The position numbers were made by a program, and so were the translations under genes. From Patescibacteria group bacterium (GTDB taxonomy: Bacteria > Patescibacteriota > Patescibacteriia > Magasanikbacterales > UBA922): DNA of 64,000 bases. The stretch is from contig JBAZIZ010000003.1 of assembly GCA_041651535.1 (NCBI GenBank), positions 19,357-83,356 on the forward strand, in the 5' to 3' direction. Every line of letters begins with the position of its first letter. Position 1 is the stretch's first letter. Under the pieces are notes generated by a model. That model had not been told where the DNA came from. It did no database searches and saw only the letters and a list, made by a program, of their open reading frames with translations. Shown in pieces: positions 19,584-30,122 of this stretch.

Positions 19584-21149
19584 TTATTTTTTTATCAATA
19601 AACTTTTTCCAGTCATTTCTCGGGCTTTTTCAATATCCATAATTTCTAACAAAGTTGGAGCAACATCTGCCAAAATACCGTCTTGTAATTTACAATTCTT
19701 ATATTTTTTAGAAACTAAAACACAAGGGACGGGATTAGTTGTATGTTCAGTCATCATTTCATTTGTTTTTAAATCTATCATCATATCTGCATTACCATGA
19801 TCAGCAATAATCAAAGCTTGTCCATTTTTTTTCAAAATTTCTTTCACTAATTTAGCAACATTTTTATCTACAGTTTTTACTGCTTTTTGTGTAGCCAAAA
19901 AATTTCCTGTATGCCCTACCATATCTGCATTGGGAAAATTAACACAAATAAAATCATACTTATCTTTTTGCAAATAATCTAAAATCTTTTTTGTCATTTT
20001 TTCAGTATTCATTTCTGGTTTGTCAGCGTAAGAATATTCGATTGGAGATTTTACAACTTCTCTTTTTTCACCATCAAGCGGATCAGGGAAACCACCATTT
20101 ATAAAGTAAGTAATGTGAGCATATTTTTCAGTTTCAGAAATATATAATTGGCGACGATTACCATCGATAACTGTCGGTAAACAATTTTTTATATCTGGAC
20201 TAGGAAAAGCTGTGAAAATATAAGGTAAATCTGGACCAAAATCAGTCATGGCTACAAAACGAGTATTCTTTGGATATTTTTTTCTGATAAAAGCATTATT
20301 TCTTTCACTAAAATCAGGTTGTACAAAAGCTTTAGTAATTTGACGAGCACGATCACTGCGAGCATTAAAAAAAATAATTACATCATCATTATTTATTGTC
20401 GTAATTGGTTTACCTTTTTCATCAACAATTACTGTTGGTTCTACGTATTCGTCTGTCTCATTTTTATTATAAGCTGTCTCTAAAGCAGTCGCAGCATCTT
20501 TTTCTAATATTCCTTCACCTAAAACCATCGCATTGTAAGCTTTGGCAGTTCTTTCCCAAATTTTATTTCTATCCATAGCATAAAATCTACCCATAATCGT
20601 AGCAATTTTTTCATGAGGTTGTAAAAAATTTTTTAAATCTTTTAAAAAAGTAGTAGCTCCATGAGGTGAAGAATCTCGACCATCAGTAATTAAATGTAAA
20701 AAAACTTTTTCTTGTCTTTCTCTTCTAAGCAATTCTAAAGTTGCATAAAGATGCTGTGGATTAGCATGAGCACTATTTCCATTTGTAAGCAAACCAAAAA
20801 TATGAACAGCGGTTTTGTATTTTTTTGCGTGATAAATTGCTTGCTTAAAAGCTTGGTTTTTAAAAAAAGTTCCATCTTTTATAGCATCAGAAATAATCAC
20901 TAAATCTTGTTTGACTATACGACCGGCTCCAATATTTAAATGTCCAGCTTCAGAATTTCCTTGTTGTCCTTTGAATAAACCAACATTTTCTCCATAAGTT
21001 TTCAAAATTGAACTTGGATATTTTTTTAAATAAGAAAAAATATTTGGAGCTGTTTTTGGTGTGATAGCATTACCGATATTTTTTTGATCTGCTAAACCAA
21101 AACCATCCAAAATAATAAGCATTGTCGGTGAAATTTTATTTTTTAACAT
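19584..21149 (-). CDS. gpmI: 2,3-bisphosphoglycerate-independent phosphoglycerate mutase
   Basis: GNSEAGH, DGRD, ETEKYAH, NADMVGHTG, ADHGNA, TEHTTNPVP. Confidence 0.96.
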   Translation of the reverse strand: MLKNKISPTMLIILDGFGLADQKNIGNAITPKTAPNIFSYLKKYPSSILKTYGENVGLFKGQQGNSEAGHLNIGAGRIVKQDLVIISDAIKDGTFFKNQAFKQAIYHAKKYKTAVHIFGLLTNGNSAHANPQHLYATLELLRRERQEKVFLHLITDGRDSSPHGATTFLKDLKNFLQPHEKIATIMGRFYAMDRNKIWERTAKAYNAMVLGEGILEKDAATALETAYNKNETDEYVEPTVIVDEKGKPITTINNDDVIIFFNARSDRARQITKAFVQPDFSERNNAFIRKKYPKNTRFVAMTDFGPDLPYIFTAFPSPDIKNCLPTVIDGNRRQLYISETEKYAHITYFINGGFPDPLDGEKREVVKSPIEYSYADKPEMNTEKMTKKILDYLQKDKYDFICVNFPNADMVGHTGNFLATQKAVKTVDKNVAKLVKEILKKNGQALIIADHGNADMMIDLKTNEMMTEHTTNPVPCVLVSKKYKNCKLQDGILADVAPTLLEIMDIEKAREMTGKSLLIKK

Positions 21150-21156
21150 ATAAAAA

Positions 21157-21486
21157 TTATCTATTATCGCCAGAACCATTTATTTTGTTTCTTTCCAATC
21201 TGGAAAATAATTTATTTAAATTTGTGTTAGCAACATCTTCTAAATCAATTTTTAATTCATGAGACAAATTAGAAATATACCATAAGACATCACCCAATTC
21301 TTTTTTTATTTCTTCTTTTTTTATTTCTGAAACAACACCGTTATCATCTCTGATTATTTTTTTTATTTTTTCTGCAACTTCACCTGCCTCACCCATCAAA
21401 CCAAGAGTTGGATAAATGAAATTGTTATCTTTATCAGGATAACTCGCGGTTTTTCTAGCTTCTTTTTGATATTCATTAAATTCCAT
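21157..21486 (-). CDS. MazG-like nucleoside triphosphate pyrophosphohydrolase
   Basis: LGLMGEAGEVAEKIKK, KELGDVLWY. Confidence 0.9.
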   Translation of the reverse strand: MEFNEYQKEARKTASYPDKDNNFIYPTLGLMGEAGEVAEKIKKIIRDDNGVVSEIKKEEIKKELGDVLWYISNLSHELKIDLEDVANTNLNKLFSRLERNKINGSGDNR

Positions 21487-21510
21487 ATTTTTTAATTTTT
21501 ACTTTTGACT

Positions 21511-22764
21511 TTAATTTAACTCTTCTTCAATTTCCATCAAACGATTATATTTCTCTACTCTTTCTGAACGAGACAAAGAACCAGTTTTTATAAAATCAGA
21601 ATTAACTGCCACAGCTAAATCAGCAATAAAAGTGTCAGCAGTTTCTCCCGAACGATGTGAAACTGAAACTTTGTAATTATTTTTCTTGGCTAAATAAATT
21701 GCATCAATAGTTTCAGACAAAGTTCCAATTTGATTTAATTTGATTAACACAGCATTTGCGACTTTTTCTTTTATTCCTTTTTGTATTCTTTCAGTATTAG
21801 TTACAAATAAATCATCGCCAACTAAAGAAATCTTCTTACCTAATTTTTTTGTAAGTAATTCCCAATTTGTCCAATCATCTTCAGCCAAAGCATCTTCAAT
21901 AGAAACAAAAGGATATTTTTTAACCCAAGTTTCTAAAATTCCAATCATTTTTTCTCCACTGATAGCTTCTTTTTTGCCAAAAAAATAATATTTATTATCA
22001 CGATAAAATTCGCTAGCGGCAATATCTAAAGCAAGAAAAACATTTTTTCCTGGTAGATAGCCCGCAGTTTTTATAGCATTTAAAACAAATTCTATTGCTC
22101 TTTCATTGTTCAATAAATCAGGAGCAAAACCACCCTCATCGCCAACAGAAGTTGCATAACCTTTTTGATTCAAAAGACCAGCTAAAGCATGAAAAATTTC
22201 TGCACCCATTCTCACTCTTTCTGACATTTTTTTATGAACTGGTACAATCATAAATTCTTGACAACTCAAATTATTATCAGCATGACGTCCGCCATTTATA
22301 ATATTCATTGTGGCAAAAGGCATACGCCAATTTTTTTCTGGCAATCTATAAGTTTGTCTTATATATTTATATAATGGTTGTTTTTTTGAATCAGCTACCG
22401 CTCGAGCAGACGCTAAAGAAACTGATAAAATAGCATTAGCTCCGAGTTTGGTTTTATTTTTTGTTCCATCAATTTTTAGCATTGTTTCATCTAATTTTCT
22501 TTGATTTTCAGCGTCAAAATTTTTTAAATTTTTAGCAAGAATAGAATTGACATTTTTTACTGCTTTTAAAACTCCTTTTCCTCCATATCTTTTTGATTTA
22601 TCACGCATTTCTAAAGCTTCATGAGTACCAGTACTTGCTCCACTTGGTACAGCAGATTTACCACAAGAACCATCAACCAAAATAACTTTTGTTTCTATTG
22701 TCGGATTACCACGAGAATCCAAAATTTCTCTTGCTTTAATTTCTTTAATCAGTGTTTTTTTCAT
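21511..22764 (-). CDS. eno: Enolase
   Basis: AREILDSRGNPT, VPSGASTG, VGDEGGFAP, SHRSGET, KYNRLMEIEE. Confidence 0.98.
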   Translation of the reverse strand: MKKTLIKEIKAREILDSRGNPTIETKVILVDGSCGKSAVPSGASTGTHEALEMRDKSKRYGGKGVLKAVKNVNSILAKNLKNFDAENQRKLDETMLKIDGTKNKTKLGANAILSVSLASARAVADSKKQPLYKYIRQTYRLPEKNWRMPFATMNIINGGRHADNNLSCQEFMIVPVHKKMSERVRMGAEIFHALAGLLNQKGYATSVGDEGGFAPDLLNNERAIEFVLNAIKTAGYLPGKNVFLALDIAASEFYRDNKYYFFGKKEAISGEKMIGILETWVKKYPFVSIEDALAEDDWTNWELLTKKLGKKISLVGDDLFVTNTERIQKGIKEKVANAVLIKLNQIGTLSETIDAIYLAKKNNYKVSVSHRSGETADTFIADLAVAVNSDFIKTGSLSRSERVEKYNRLMEIEEELN

Positions 22765-22969
22765 AAAAAAATATTATTAATAACTTAGTAAATTATATCA
22801 AAAATGAGTTACTAATTCAAGGTAAAAAGCATATAAGACAGGAAGTATATAAGCAAGTAAGAAAAAAATACTTATTAGCTTACTGGCTATATTTGCCTGC
22901 CTGCAATTTTAAAAATAAAAAAACAGCCATATTTCAGACTGTTTTTAATTTCTAATTAAATTATTGATT

Positions 22970-23827
22970 TTACTTTATTTCAAAAGTAATACTTACGTTT
23001 AATTTAACTTCTTCTGAACCTTCAGAAACAGTTGGAGTAGAAGCACCGCCTAATCCATAAGCCATACTTGAATCCGTTTTTGCATAATAAACAGGATAAC
23101 TATTATCAGAATATTCATTATAAGAAATTACATCAACAAAATTTACTCCTAAACTTTCTGATAAAATAGTAATTTGTTTTTTAGCTTTTTCTAAAGCATC
23201 TGCTCTAGCTAAATCTGTGTAATGGTCTCGATCATCAACTATCCATTCTAAATTTCCAATATTAGTAATACCAATAGAACCAGCCAAAGACAAAACTTCT
23301 GATGTTTTTGCTGTATCTTTTATTTTAACAGTAACTTGTTGACTTACTTCATAAGCATCTAAAGTTCTACCATCATTTTCAGTCCAATTATAAATTGGAT
23401 TAACATTATAATTTGTAGTTTGGATATCTTCATTAGCAATACCTAAATTTTTTAATCCTTCCAAAAATTTATTCATGGTTTCAGTATTTTTACTTTGTGC
23501 TTCTTCAACTGTTATAGCTTCGCTAGTAACTCCAAGAACAAGACGAGCAACATCAGGTTTAATTACTGAAGAACCATCAACATTAATTGTAATCATTTTT
23601 TGATTTTTATCACTAAGACCAATATAATTATATTTCTTGATTTCATTTCTTATTAAAACTCCAATAAAAACAATCACATAAACTAATAAAATTCCTAAAA
23701 AAGTCATCATCAACTTTTTTGGAAACTCACACGAACCACAAGCAAGAGAACAAAGACATTTTTTTTCTTTATTGTCTGTTTTGATCTCAAGCTCTGGAGT
23801 TTGAGATACATTTTTTTTGACAGGCAT
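22970..23827 (-). CDS. SIMPL domain (DUF541) membrane-anchored protein
   Basis: TM segment, KPDVARLVLGV, DIQTTNYNVNP, ARADALEKAK. Confidence 0.88.
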   Translation of the reverse strand: MPVKKNVSQTPELEIKTDNKEKKCLCSLACGSCEFPKKLMMTFLGILLVYVIVFIGVLIRNEIKKYNYIGLSDKNQKMITINVDGSSVIKPDVARLVLGVTSEAITVEEAQSKNTETMNKFLEGLKNLGIANEDIQTTNYNVNPIYNWTENDGRTLDAYEVSQQVTVKIKDTAKTSEVLSLAGSIGITNIGNLEWIVDDRDHYTDLARADALEKAKKQITILSESLGVNFVDVISYNEYSDNSYPVYYAKTDSSMAYGLGGASTPTVSEGSEEVKLNVSITFEIK

Positions 23828-23959
23828 ATCTTTAAATTAAAAAATAAAAAGTAAAAATTAAAAAAATTTTTATCAAATATATTATAACACAAAAAAATAA
23901 AAATTCAAAATTAAAAAGTAAAAATTATTAAATCTAACTTGTCTACCGATAGGCAGAAA

Positions 23960-25153
23960 TCATAAATTTTCTATTCCTGGCAAAGTTTCTTTGGCAATAT
24001 ATTCAAGCATTGCTCCACCGCCAGTAGAAACTAAATCTATATTATTTTCTATTTTTAATTCATTAACAATTTGAACGGTTTCTCCACCACCAACAACACC
24101 AAAAGCTTTTCCTTTTGATCTATCTGAGACTAAACGCGCGACAGATTTTGTTCCATTGTCAAAAGGTTTTTTTTCAAAAAATCCCATCGCCCCATTCCAA
24201 ACCAAAGTATTTGCTTTACGAATATATTTAGAAAATAATAAAATTGTCTCTGGCCCAATATCAAAAATTTTTTCTCCTGTTTTACAAATATTTTTTTTCT
24301 TCTTATCAATTTTTACAGTTCGATAATTATTAAAATTTTTATCAGCCACAACTACATCAATTGGCAAAATAATTTTTTTGTTTTGACAAATACGGGCTAT
24401 TTCTTTTTTGTATTCTTCATCACAAATCGAGTCACCAATATTATATTTTAAAGCTTTTAAATATGTATTTAAAATTCCGCCACCAATTAAAATAAAATCG
24501 GTTTTTCCTAGCAAAGAATTTATCACCGGAATCTTTGTCTCCATTTTTACTCCACCCAAAATTGCTACATAAGGTAATTTAAAATTTTTACTTATCCGAT
24601 TTAATCCTTTAATTTCTTTTTCTAATAAAAATCCTGCATAACTAGGTAAAAATTTTGTGATACCAGTTACACTAGCTGCTTGACGATGAGCAACTGAAAA
24701 ACCATCCAAAACAAACAAATCTCCCCAAGAAGCTAAAATTTCAGTTAAAGATCCATTTTCTTTATCTTCTTCTTTAGAAAATCTAATGTTATCAAACATA
24801 ACAGCCGAACCTGCACGCATTTTTTTTATTTCATTTTCTATTTCTGCTAAACGTTTTTTATTAAAAATCAAATTACGCGTTTCTATTTTTTTTACTTTCT
24901 TTTTTAAAAGTTTTTGTAATTCTTCTAAAATTGGATCGACTTTCAAAGAAGAAACTACTTTACCTTCTGGACGACCGACATGAGTTATTAGTAAAACTTT
25001 TGCTTTAGCTTTAAGCAAAAAATTTATAGTCTCTAAACTAGCTTTGATTTTTGTATTATCCAAAACTTTTTTATTTTTAATCGGAACATTAAAATCTACA
25101 CGTAATAAAACTGTTTTTCCTGATAATTTTTTAATATTTTTTAAACTTTTCAT
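23960..25153 (-). CDS. pgk: Phosphoglycerate kinase
   Basis: LRVDFNVP, HVGRP, WNGAMG, GGGET, VSTGGGAMLE. Confidence 0.97.
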   Translation of the reverse strand: MKSLKNIKKLSGKTVLLRVDFNVPIKNKKVLDNTKIKASLETINFLLKAKAKVLLITHVGRPEGKVVSSLKVDPILEELQKLLKKKVKKIETRNLIFNKKRLAEIENEIKKMRAGSAVMFDNIRFSKEEDKENGSLTEILASWGDLFVLDGFSVAHRQAASVTGITKFLPSYAGFLLEKEIKGLNRISKNFKLPYVAILGGVKMETKIPVINSLLGKTDFILIGGGILNTYLKALKYNIGDSICDEEYKKEIARICQNKKIILPIDVVVADKNFNNYRTVKIDKKKKNICKTGEKIFDIGPETILLFSKYIRKANTLVWNGAMGFFEKKPFDNGTKSVARLVSDRSKGKAFGVVGGGETVQIVNELKIENNIDLVSTGGGAMLEYIAKETLPGIENL

Positions 25154-25239
25154 AAAAATTGTTTATTTGTTTTATTTTTGTTATACTTAATTATATCACT
25201 TTTGTGATCTTTTACAAAATAATTTTTAATCTTAAATAT

Positions 25240-25782
25240 ATGGATGTCCCAGAAAAAATTAAAGATTTCAAAAAAAGTTTTTTTGATTTTACAATTTTTA
25301 TTGTTCTCACAATTTTGACTATTTTATTTGTTTATAATTTTAGTCTTCTCTTTTTTCCCAAACTAGAATTAGATGATTGCTATAGTTATAAATATGCCAA
25401 TATCAGAAGTGAAACTTGTTCTTATGACCAAAATTATATTGATGAATGTTATACAAATGGTAATGACATTATTTATAAAAGTAATTGTGAAATGGAATGT
25501 TCAACTTGTGAAAAAGAACATCAACAAATTCGTGAAGATTATAGAGAACAGACAACTTGGTTTAAAATAATTTTTTCAGCAATAATAGCAATTATTTTCC
25601 TCTTCATACCTATCAGAGAAAAATTGGTTAGTTATGCTTTGATTGGTGGTTCAATGATTTCGCTTTTATTTGCTACGATTGTTTCTTTTGATACTATCTT
25701 TGATAGATTTTTCCCAATCGTTGTTTTTGTAGAGACACTCTTAATTATATTTATCTATTATAAGATGAAAAAAAGAAATTAA
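25240..25782 (+). CDS. Hypothetical membrane protein with a Cys-rich loop
   Basis: Likely start MDVPEK; TM, loop with 6 Cys, then 3 TM; hairpin GCCCC-ACTCA-GGGGC plus T-run downstream. Confidence 0.7.
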   Translation: MDVPEKIKDFKKSFFDFTIFIVLTILTILFVYNFSLLFFPKLELDDCYSYKYANIRSETCSYDQNYIDECYTNGNDIIYKSNCEMECSTCEKEHQQIREDYREQTTWFKIIFSAIIAIIFLFIPIREKLVSYALIGGSMISLLFATIVSFDTIFDRFFPIVVFVETLLIIFIYYKMKKRN

Positions 25783-25937
25783 GCAAAAAAGTTTTTGAAA
25801 AAATATTGTAATTTGCCCCACTCAGGGGCTTTTTTATTCTCTAACTTTTTATTTCCTAAATCTAGAATTTAAAATCTTAAATTTAAAAAAACCTGTTTTT
25901 AAAACAGATTTTTTTATTATAGAATATAAAATTATTT

Positions 25938-26942
25938 TTATTTCTTCGCCATGATCTCCGCCATCTCCACTAAACGATTTGCATAACCCCATTCATTATC
26001 ATACCAAGCAATTATTTTTACCATATTATCATCGACTACTTTTGTCAAAGTTAGATCAACTATTGAGGAATTACTATTACCAATAAAATCACTAGAAACT
26101 AATGGTTCAGAAGTAACACCTAAAATTCCTTTTAATTTACCTTTACTAGCTTTTATCAAAGCATCATTTATTTGTTTTTCTGTAGCATTTTTTTTCAATA
26201 AAACAGTTATATCTGACAAAGATACAGTAATAGTTGGGACACGTATTGCTAAACCATCAAATTTATTTTCAATTTCTGGTAAAACTTTAGCAGTAGCAAT
26301 TGCAGCGCCAGTAGAAGTCGGCACCATATTTTGAGCGGCAGCTCTAGCTCGACGCAAATCTTTATGAGGAGAATCTTGCAAACGTTGGTCAGCTGTATAA
26401 GCATGAATTGTAGTCAACATTGCTTTTTCAACTCCAAAATTTTCACTTAAAACTTTCATTACTGGTGCTGTACAATTTGTTGTACAAGAAGCATTATTAA
26501 TAACTTCTTCTCCTGAATAGATACTGTCATTTATACCACGAACATAAGTCTTTACATCTTCACCTTTTGCAGGGGCTGATAAAATAACTTTTTTAGCTCC
26601 AGCTTTTAAATGTAATTTTAAACCTTCATTGTTTGTAAAAACTCCAGTTGATTCGATAACTACATCAATTTTTAATTTTTTCCAAGGTAGCATGCTTGGA
26701 TCTTTTTCAGCAAAGACTTCAATTTTTTTGTTATTGATTATTAAAAATTTATCGGTGAAAGAAATTTTTAAACTAGTATCAGGATAAGCTGTATCATATT
26801 TTAATAAATGGGCTAAAGTTTTTGTATCAGTCAAATCATTGATAGCAATAACTTCTAAATTTTTCTTTTTTAAAGCTACTTTCAAAGCATGACGACCAAT
26901 GCGTCCAAAACCATTGATAGCTATTCTAGTTTTTTGTGACAT
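25938..26942 (-). CDS. gap: Type I glyceraldehyde-3-phosphate dehydrogenase
   Basis: INGFGRIGR, NASCTTNC, WYDNEWGY. Confidence 0.98.
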   Translation of the reverse strand: MSQKTRIAINGFGRIGRHALKVALKKKNLEVIAINDLTDTKTLAHLLKYDTAYPDTSLKISFTDKFLIINNKKIEVFAEKDPSMLPWKKLKIDVVIESTGVFTNNEGLKLHLKAGAKKVILSAPAKGEDVKTYVRGINDSIYSGEEVINNASCTTNCTAPVMKVLSENFGVEKAMLTTIHAYTADQRLQDSPHKDLRRARAAAQNMVPTSTGAAIATAKVLPEIENKFDGLAIRVPTITVSLSDITVLLKKNATEKQINDALIKASKGKLKGILGVTSEPLVSSDFIGNSNSSIVDLTLTKVVDDNMVKIIAWYDNEWGYANRLVEMAEIMAKK

Positions 26943-27003
26943 AATTTTTTTAATTAAATTATTTATTTTTATTATTATAGCAAAATTAAATTTAAAAGTA
27001 AAT

Positions 27004-27032
27004 TTGACAAAAAATTTTTTTCTTTATATAAT
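27004..27032 (+). promoter_or_regulatory. Consensus sigma70 promoter with no downstream plus-strand ORF
   Basis: TTGACA-17 nt-TATAAT, exact consensus. Confidence 0.75.
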
Positions 27033-27038
27033 ATAAAT

Positions 27039-27104
27039 ACTTTTTGGCACCTTTTCGAGAGAAAAGGCGGCTCCACACTCCACTCTGCTGGAGTGTAGTT
27101 TTTT
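27039..27104 (+). ncRNA. Candidate small structured RNA (two hairpins, U-tail)
   Basis: CCTTTTC-GAGA-GAAAAGG then ACACTCCA-CTCTGC-TGGAGTGT-AG-TTTTTT directly after a consensus promoter. Confidence 0.5.
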
Positions 27105-27110
27105 ATATAA

Positions 27111-27536
27111 TTATTTAAATTGTTTTTTAAAAATATCTTTAATCTTAAAAAATTCTTCTGTTTCTAAAACACTGTCTTTGTGTAATAATCTTTTAATACT
27201 AATTATTCGACCTTGGCTTATATTAACTGACCTTATTTTTTTACCACCTGAAATAGAAATTTGATACCAAACAGAAGGATTTTTGGTCTTGGTTGTTAAT
27301 GGCAAAACAAAGCACATTTCTTTATTATATTTTTTTAATATAAGCACAGGACGATGAAATTTTTCATTTTTACCATCCATTTCAAATCCAACATTCCTGC
27401 CTAATGCCGCCCACCAAATTTGACCTTCGTAAAAATAAATGTCTTTTTTTGGATTGACATGTAAAAATAATTTATATTTAGTCCAATCTAAAAAATTTTT
27501 AAAAAGTTCGATAAAATTCCCCTCCTTATTTTTCAT
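27111..27536 (-). CDS. PemK/MazF-family toxin-like protein without an adjacent antitoxin ORF
   Basis: GQIWWAALGRNVGFEMDGK..RPVLILKK..VLPLTT..SQGRIISIKRL. Confidence 0.85.
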   Translation of the reverse strand: MKNKEGNFIELFKNFLDWTKYKLFLHVNPKKDIYFYEGQIWWAALGRNVGFEMDGKNEKFHRPVLILKKYNKEMCFVLPLTTKTKNPSVWYQISISGGKKIRSVNISQGRIISIKRLLHKDSVLETEEFFKIKDIFKKQFK

Positions 27537-27545
27537 AAAATTTAT

Positions 27546-28625
27546 TTATTTTTTTCTAATATTTTCGATCTCTTTAATAATTTTATCTTCACCAGATTCA
27601 ACCCATTTTTTAAAAGCAGTAGATGGTTTGTATTTCGGAATATAATTTAAAAATTTTTCTAAATCAAAATCATTTAAAACAATACCTGCACCATTTTTTT
27701 CTGTTTCAAAAGCATTACAAGCTTGTTCTATATGTGTGGGAATCATAGCTACAGGTTTTTCAAAATAAATAGCTTCAGCTAAAGATTCAAAACCAGCAGT
27801 ACCGATAAATCCTTTGCAACTAGACAGATATTTTAAAAATACAAAATCATTTAATCTATGAAAAAATAATGTCTTATTAAACACAGTAATTTCATCCGCG
27901 TCTTTTTTATCCCAAAAAAAATGCCATTCTTCTTTTGGATTTTTTTGATGTAATTCTTTAATTTTATCAACCAAAAATTGATTCATTAAATAACCACAAA
28001 TATAATTTTCTTTCTTACTTGTTTCTAAAAAAACTTCTGGTCTTAAAATTGGTGGGATAACAATTATTTTTTTATTTAAAATATCTTCTTTTTTTTCTAA
28101 AGACAAAGCAAAAATTTTATCCGCTTTTAGACAAGTTATTTTATTATATAAATTCATGGCTTTAATTTCAATTTTACTTTCAGTTAAAGGAAACTCAAAG
28201 TCTGGATGTAAAAAAATATATTGATTAGCCAAACACACAAATGGTTTTTTAAAAGAAAAAACAAAATTAGAAAAACCAGCCAAAAAATCATATAAATTTA
28301 TTATTATATCTGGATTTGATTCTTTGATTTTTTTTCTAATAAAAAAAATACTTCTTATAAAAATAGGTATCTTAAATAGATTTATAAAAAAACTTTTCCA
28401 AATATTAGTACGAATTTTTTTAGTCGTCGCAAAATCTGGACTAAAAAAATTAGAGACTGGAACTTTTATTTTTTCAACAAAAAAAATTGGTAAATTTCTT
28501 TTTTTATCTTTACCAACTAAAACTTCCACAACTTTATGTCCTTTTTTTTCTAATATTGTTTTCAAAGCTAAAGCTTGAGTCAAATGTCCTCGGCCTTCTC
28601 CTTGAACTATAAACAAAAAATTCAT
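27546..28625 (-). CDS. Glycosyltransferase (MJ1255/VC2487-like, GT-B)
   Basis: VQGEGRGHLTQA, PPILRPE, GTAGFESLAEA, HIEQACNA. Confidence 0.85.
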   Translation of the reverse strand: MNFLFIVQGEGRGHLTQALALKTILEKKGHKVVEVLVGKDKKRNLPIFFVEKIKVPVSNFFSPDFATTKKIRTNIWKSFFINLFKIPIFIRSIFFIRKKIKESNPDIIINLYDFLAGFSNFVFSFKKPFVCLANQYIFLHPDFEFPLTESKIEIKAMNLYNKITCLKADKIFALSLEKKEDILNKKIIVIPPILRPEVFLETSKKENYICGYLMNQFLVDKIKELHQKNPKEEWHFFWDKKDADEITVFNKTLFFHRLNDFVFLKYLSSCKGFIGTAGFESLAEAIYFEKPVAMIPTHIEQACNAFETEKNGAGIVLNDFDLEKFLNYIPKYKPSTAFKKWVESGEDKIIKEIENIRKK

Positions 28626-29131
28626 AACTTGGCTGTTTTTTTATTAAAATTCAAACAAGAAGCACAGGTCAAAGCTGCTGCCAAAGCATCCGCAGTATCA
28701 TCTAGTTTTATTTTACTATTTATTTTTAATTCCATTTCTACCATTTTTTGTATTTGGTTTTTATCAGCTCGTCCATAACCAGTAATTGCTTGTTTTATTT
28801 GTAATGGTGTAAATTCATGAACTTCAATATTATTCATAATCAAAGTCAAAAGTATTACTCCTCTTGCCTGACCTACACTCATGGCAGTTTTGATATTTTT
28901 AGCAAAAAAAAGATCCTCAACACCAGCGCAATCTGGTTTGTATTTTTTTATTATTTTTTGTAATTCAACATGTATTTCTTGTAGACGGTCAATAAATTTT
29001 TTTTTTGTTGAAGTTTCTATACAACCATAATCCAAAACTTTCCAAGAAGAATTTTCTTTTTCTAAAATACCGTAACCTAAACGTCCAAATCCCGGATCAA
29101 TTCCAATTATGCGTGTTGTTTTTTCTATCAT
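28622..29131 (-). CDS. ruvC: Holliday junction resolvase RuvC
   Basis: IIGIDPGFGRLGYG, VEDLFF, QARGV, GYGRADKNQ, DDTADALA. Confidence 0.96.
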   Translation of the reverse strand: MIEKTTRIIGIDPGFGRLGYGILEKENSSWKVLDYGCIETSTKKKFIDRLQEIHVELQKIIKKYKPDCAGVEDLFFAKNIKTAMSVGQARGVILLTLIMNNIEVHEFTPLQIKQAITGYGRADKNQIQKMVEMELKINSKIKLDDTADALAAALTCASCLNFNKKTAKL

Positions 29132-29135
29132 AAAA

Positions 29136-30104
29136 TTAACGAACGCCAATGATTTTTCTAACGTCATTTATAGTTTCTTTGGCAATTACGGAAGCTTTTT
29201 TAGAACCAGCAATTAAAATCTCAGCAATTTTATCATGATTTTCTAAAAGCTCTTTTCTTTTTTGACGAAAATCGGCAAAGTATTTTGCAATTGCATTAGT
29301 AAGTTCGACTTTCAAATCAGAATTTTTTAAAATTCCTTTTTTATATTCTTCTAGAAATTGTTTGTAGACAATTTCTTCGCCGAAATTTTTTAATAAATTC
29401 AATAAATTTAAAATACCTTCTTTATCACTCACTGCTTTTTTTATTTTGTTTTTTATTGTTTCTTCATCATCAGCTAATTCTATAACATGATTTTCTCCTA
29501 AAGATTTACTCATTTTTTTTGTAGAATCAACTAAACTCATAATTTTTGGAGTTTCTGTTAAAAGAACTTCAGCAGTTGAAAAATAATTTTCATATCTTTT
29601 ATTAAACCATTTGGCAATATCTCTAGTAATTTCCACATGTTGAATTTGATCTTTACCTACAGGAACAGTGTTAGCTTTATAAAGCAAAATATCAGCTGCT
29701 TGAAGTACTGGATAAGTCAAAAGACCAGCATTAATATTTTTTGCCTGATGACTAGATTTATCTTTATATTGAGTCATTCTTTCCAACTCACTTATCGGAC
29801 AAACACAATTAAAAATCCAAGTTAACTCTGTATGTTCTGGTACTTGAGATTGAATATAAAAAATTGATTTCTCAGGATCTATACCAGCTGCCAAAAGTTC
29901 AGCTGCAGTTCGAATAATTTGTGATCTTCTAAATTCAGCATCAATATTTCCAGTTAAAGAATGATAATCAGCAATCGCAAAAATACATTTATATTTACCA
30001 CTATTTTGTAAGTCTACCCAATTTTTTATAGCTCCTAAATAATTTCCTAGATGAATATTTCCTGTTGGCTGAATAGCTGAATAAATTATTTTTTCGTTTT
30101 TCAT
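29136..30104 (-). CDS. trpS: Tryptophan--tRNA ligase
   Basis: QPTGNIHLGNYLGA, YPVLQAADIL, VPVGKDQ, KMSKS. Confidence 0.97.
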   Translation of the reverse strand: MKNEKIIYSAIQPTGNIHLGNYLGAIKNWVDLQNSGKYKCIFAIADYHSLTGNIDAEFRRSQIIRTAAELLAAGIDPEKSIFYIQSQVPEHTELTWIFNCVCPISELERMTQYKDKSSHQAKNINAGLLTYPVLQAADILLYKANTVPVGKDQIQHVEITRDIAKWFNKRYENYFSTAEVLLTETPKIMSLVDSTKKMSKSLGENHVIELADDEETIKNKIKKAVSDKEGILNLLNLLKNFGEEIVYKQFLEEYKKGILKNSDLKVELTNAIAKYFADFRQKRKELLENHDKIAEILIAGSKKASVIAKETINDVRKIIGVR

Positions 30105-30122
30105 AAGCTAAATAAATTATTT

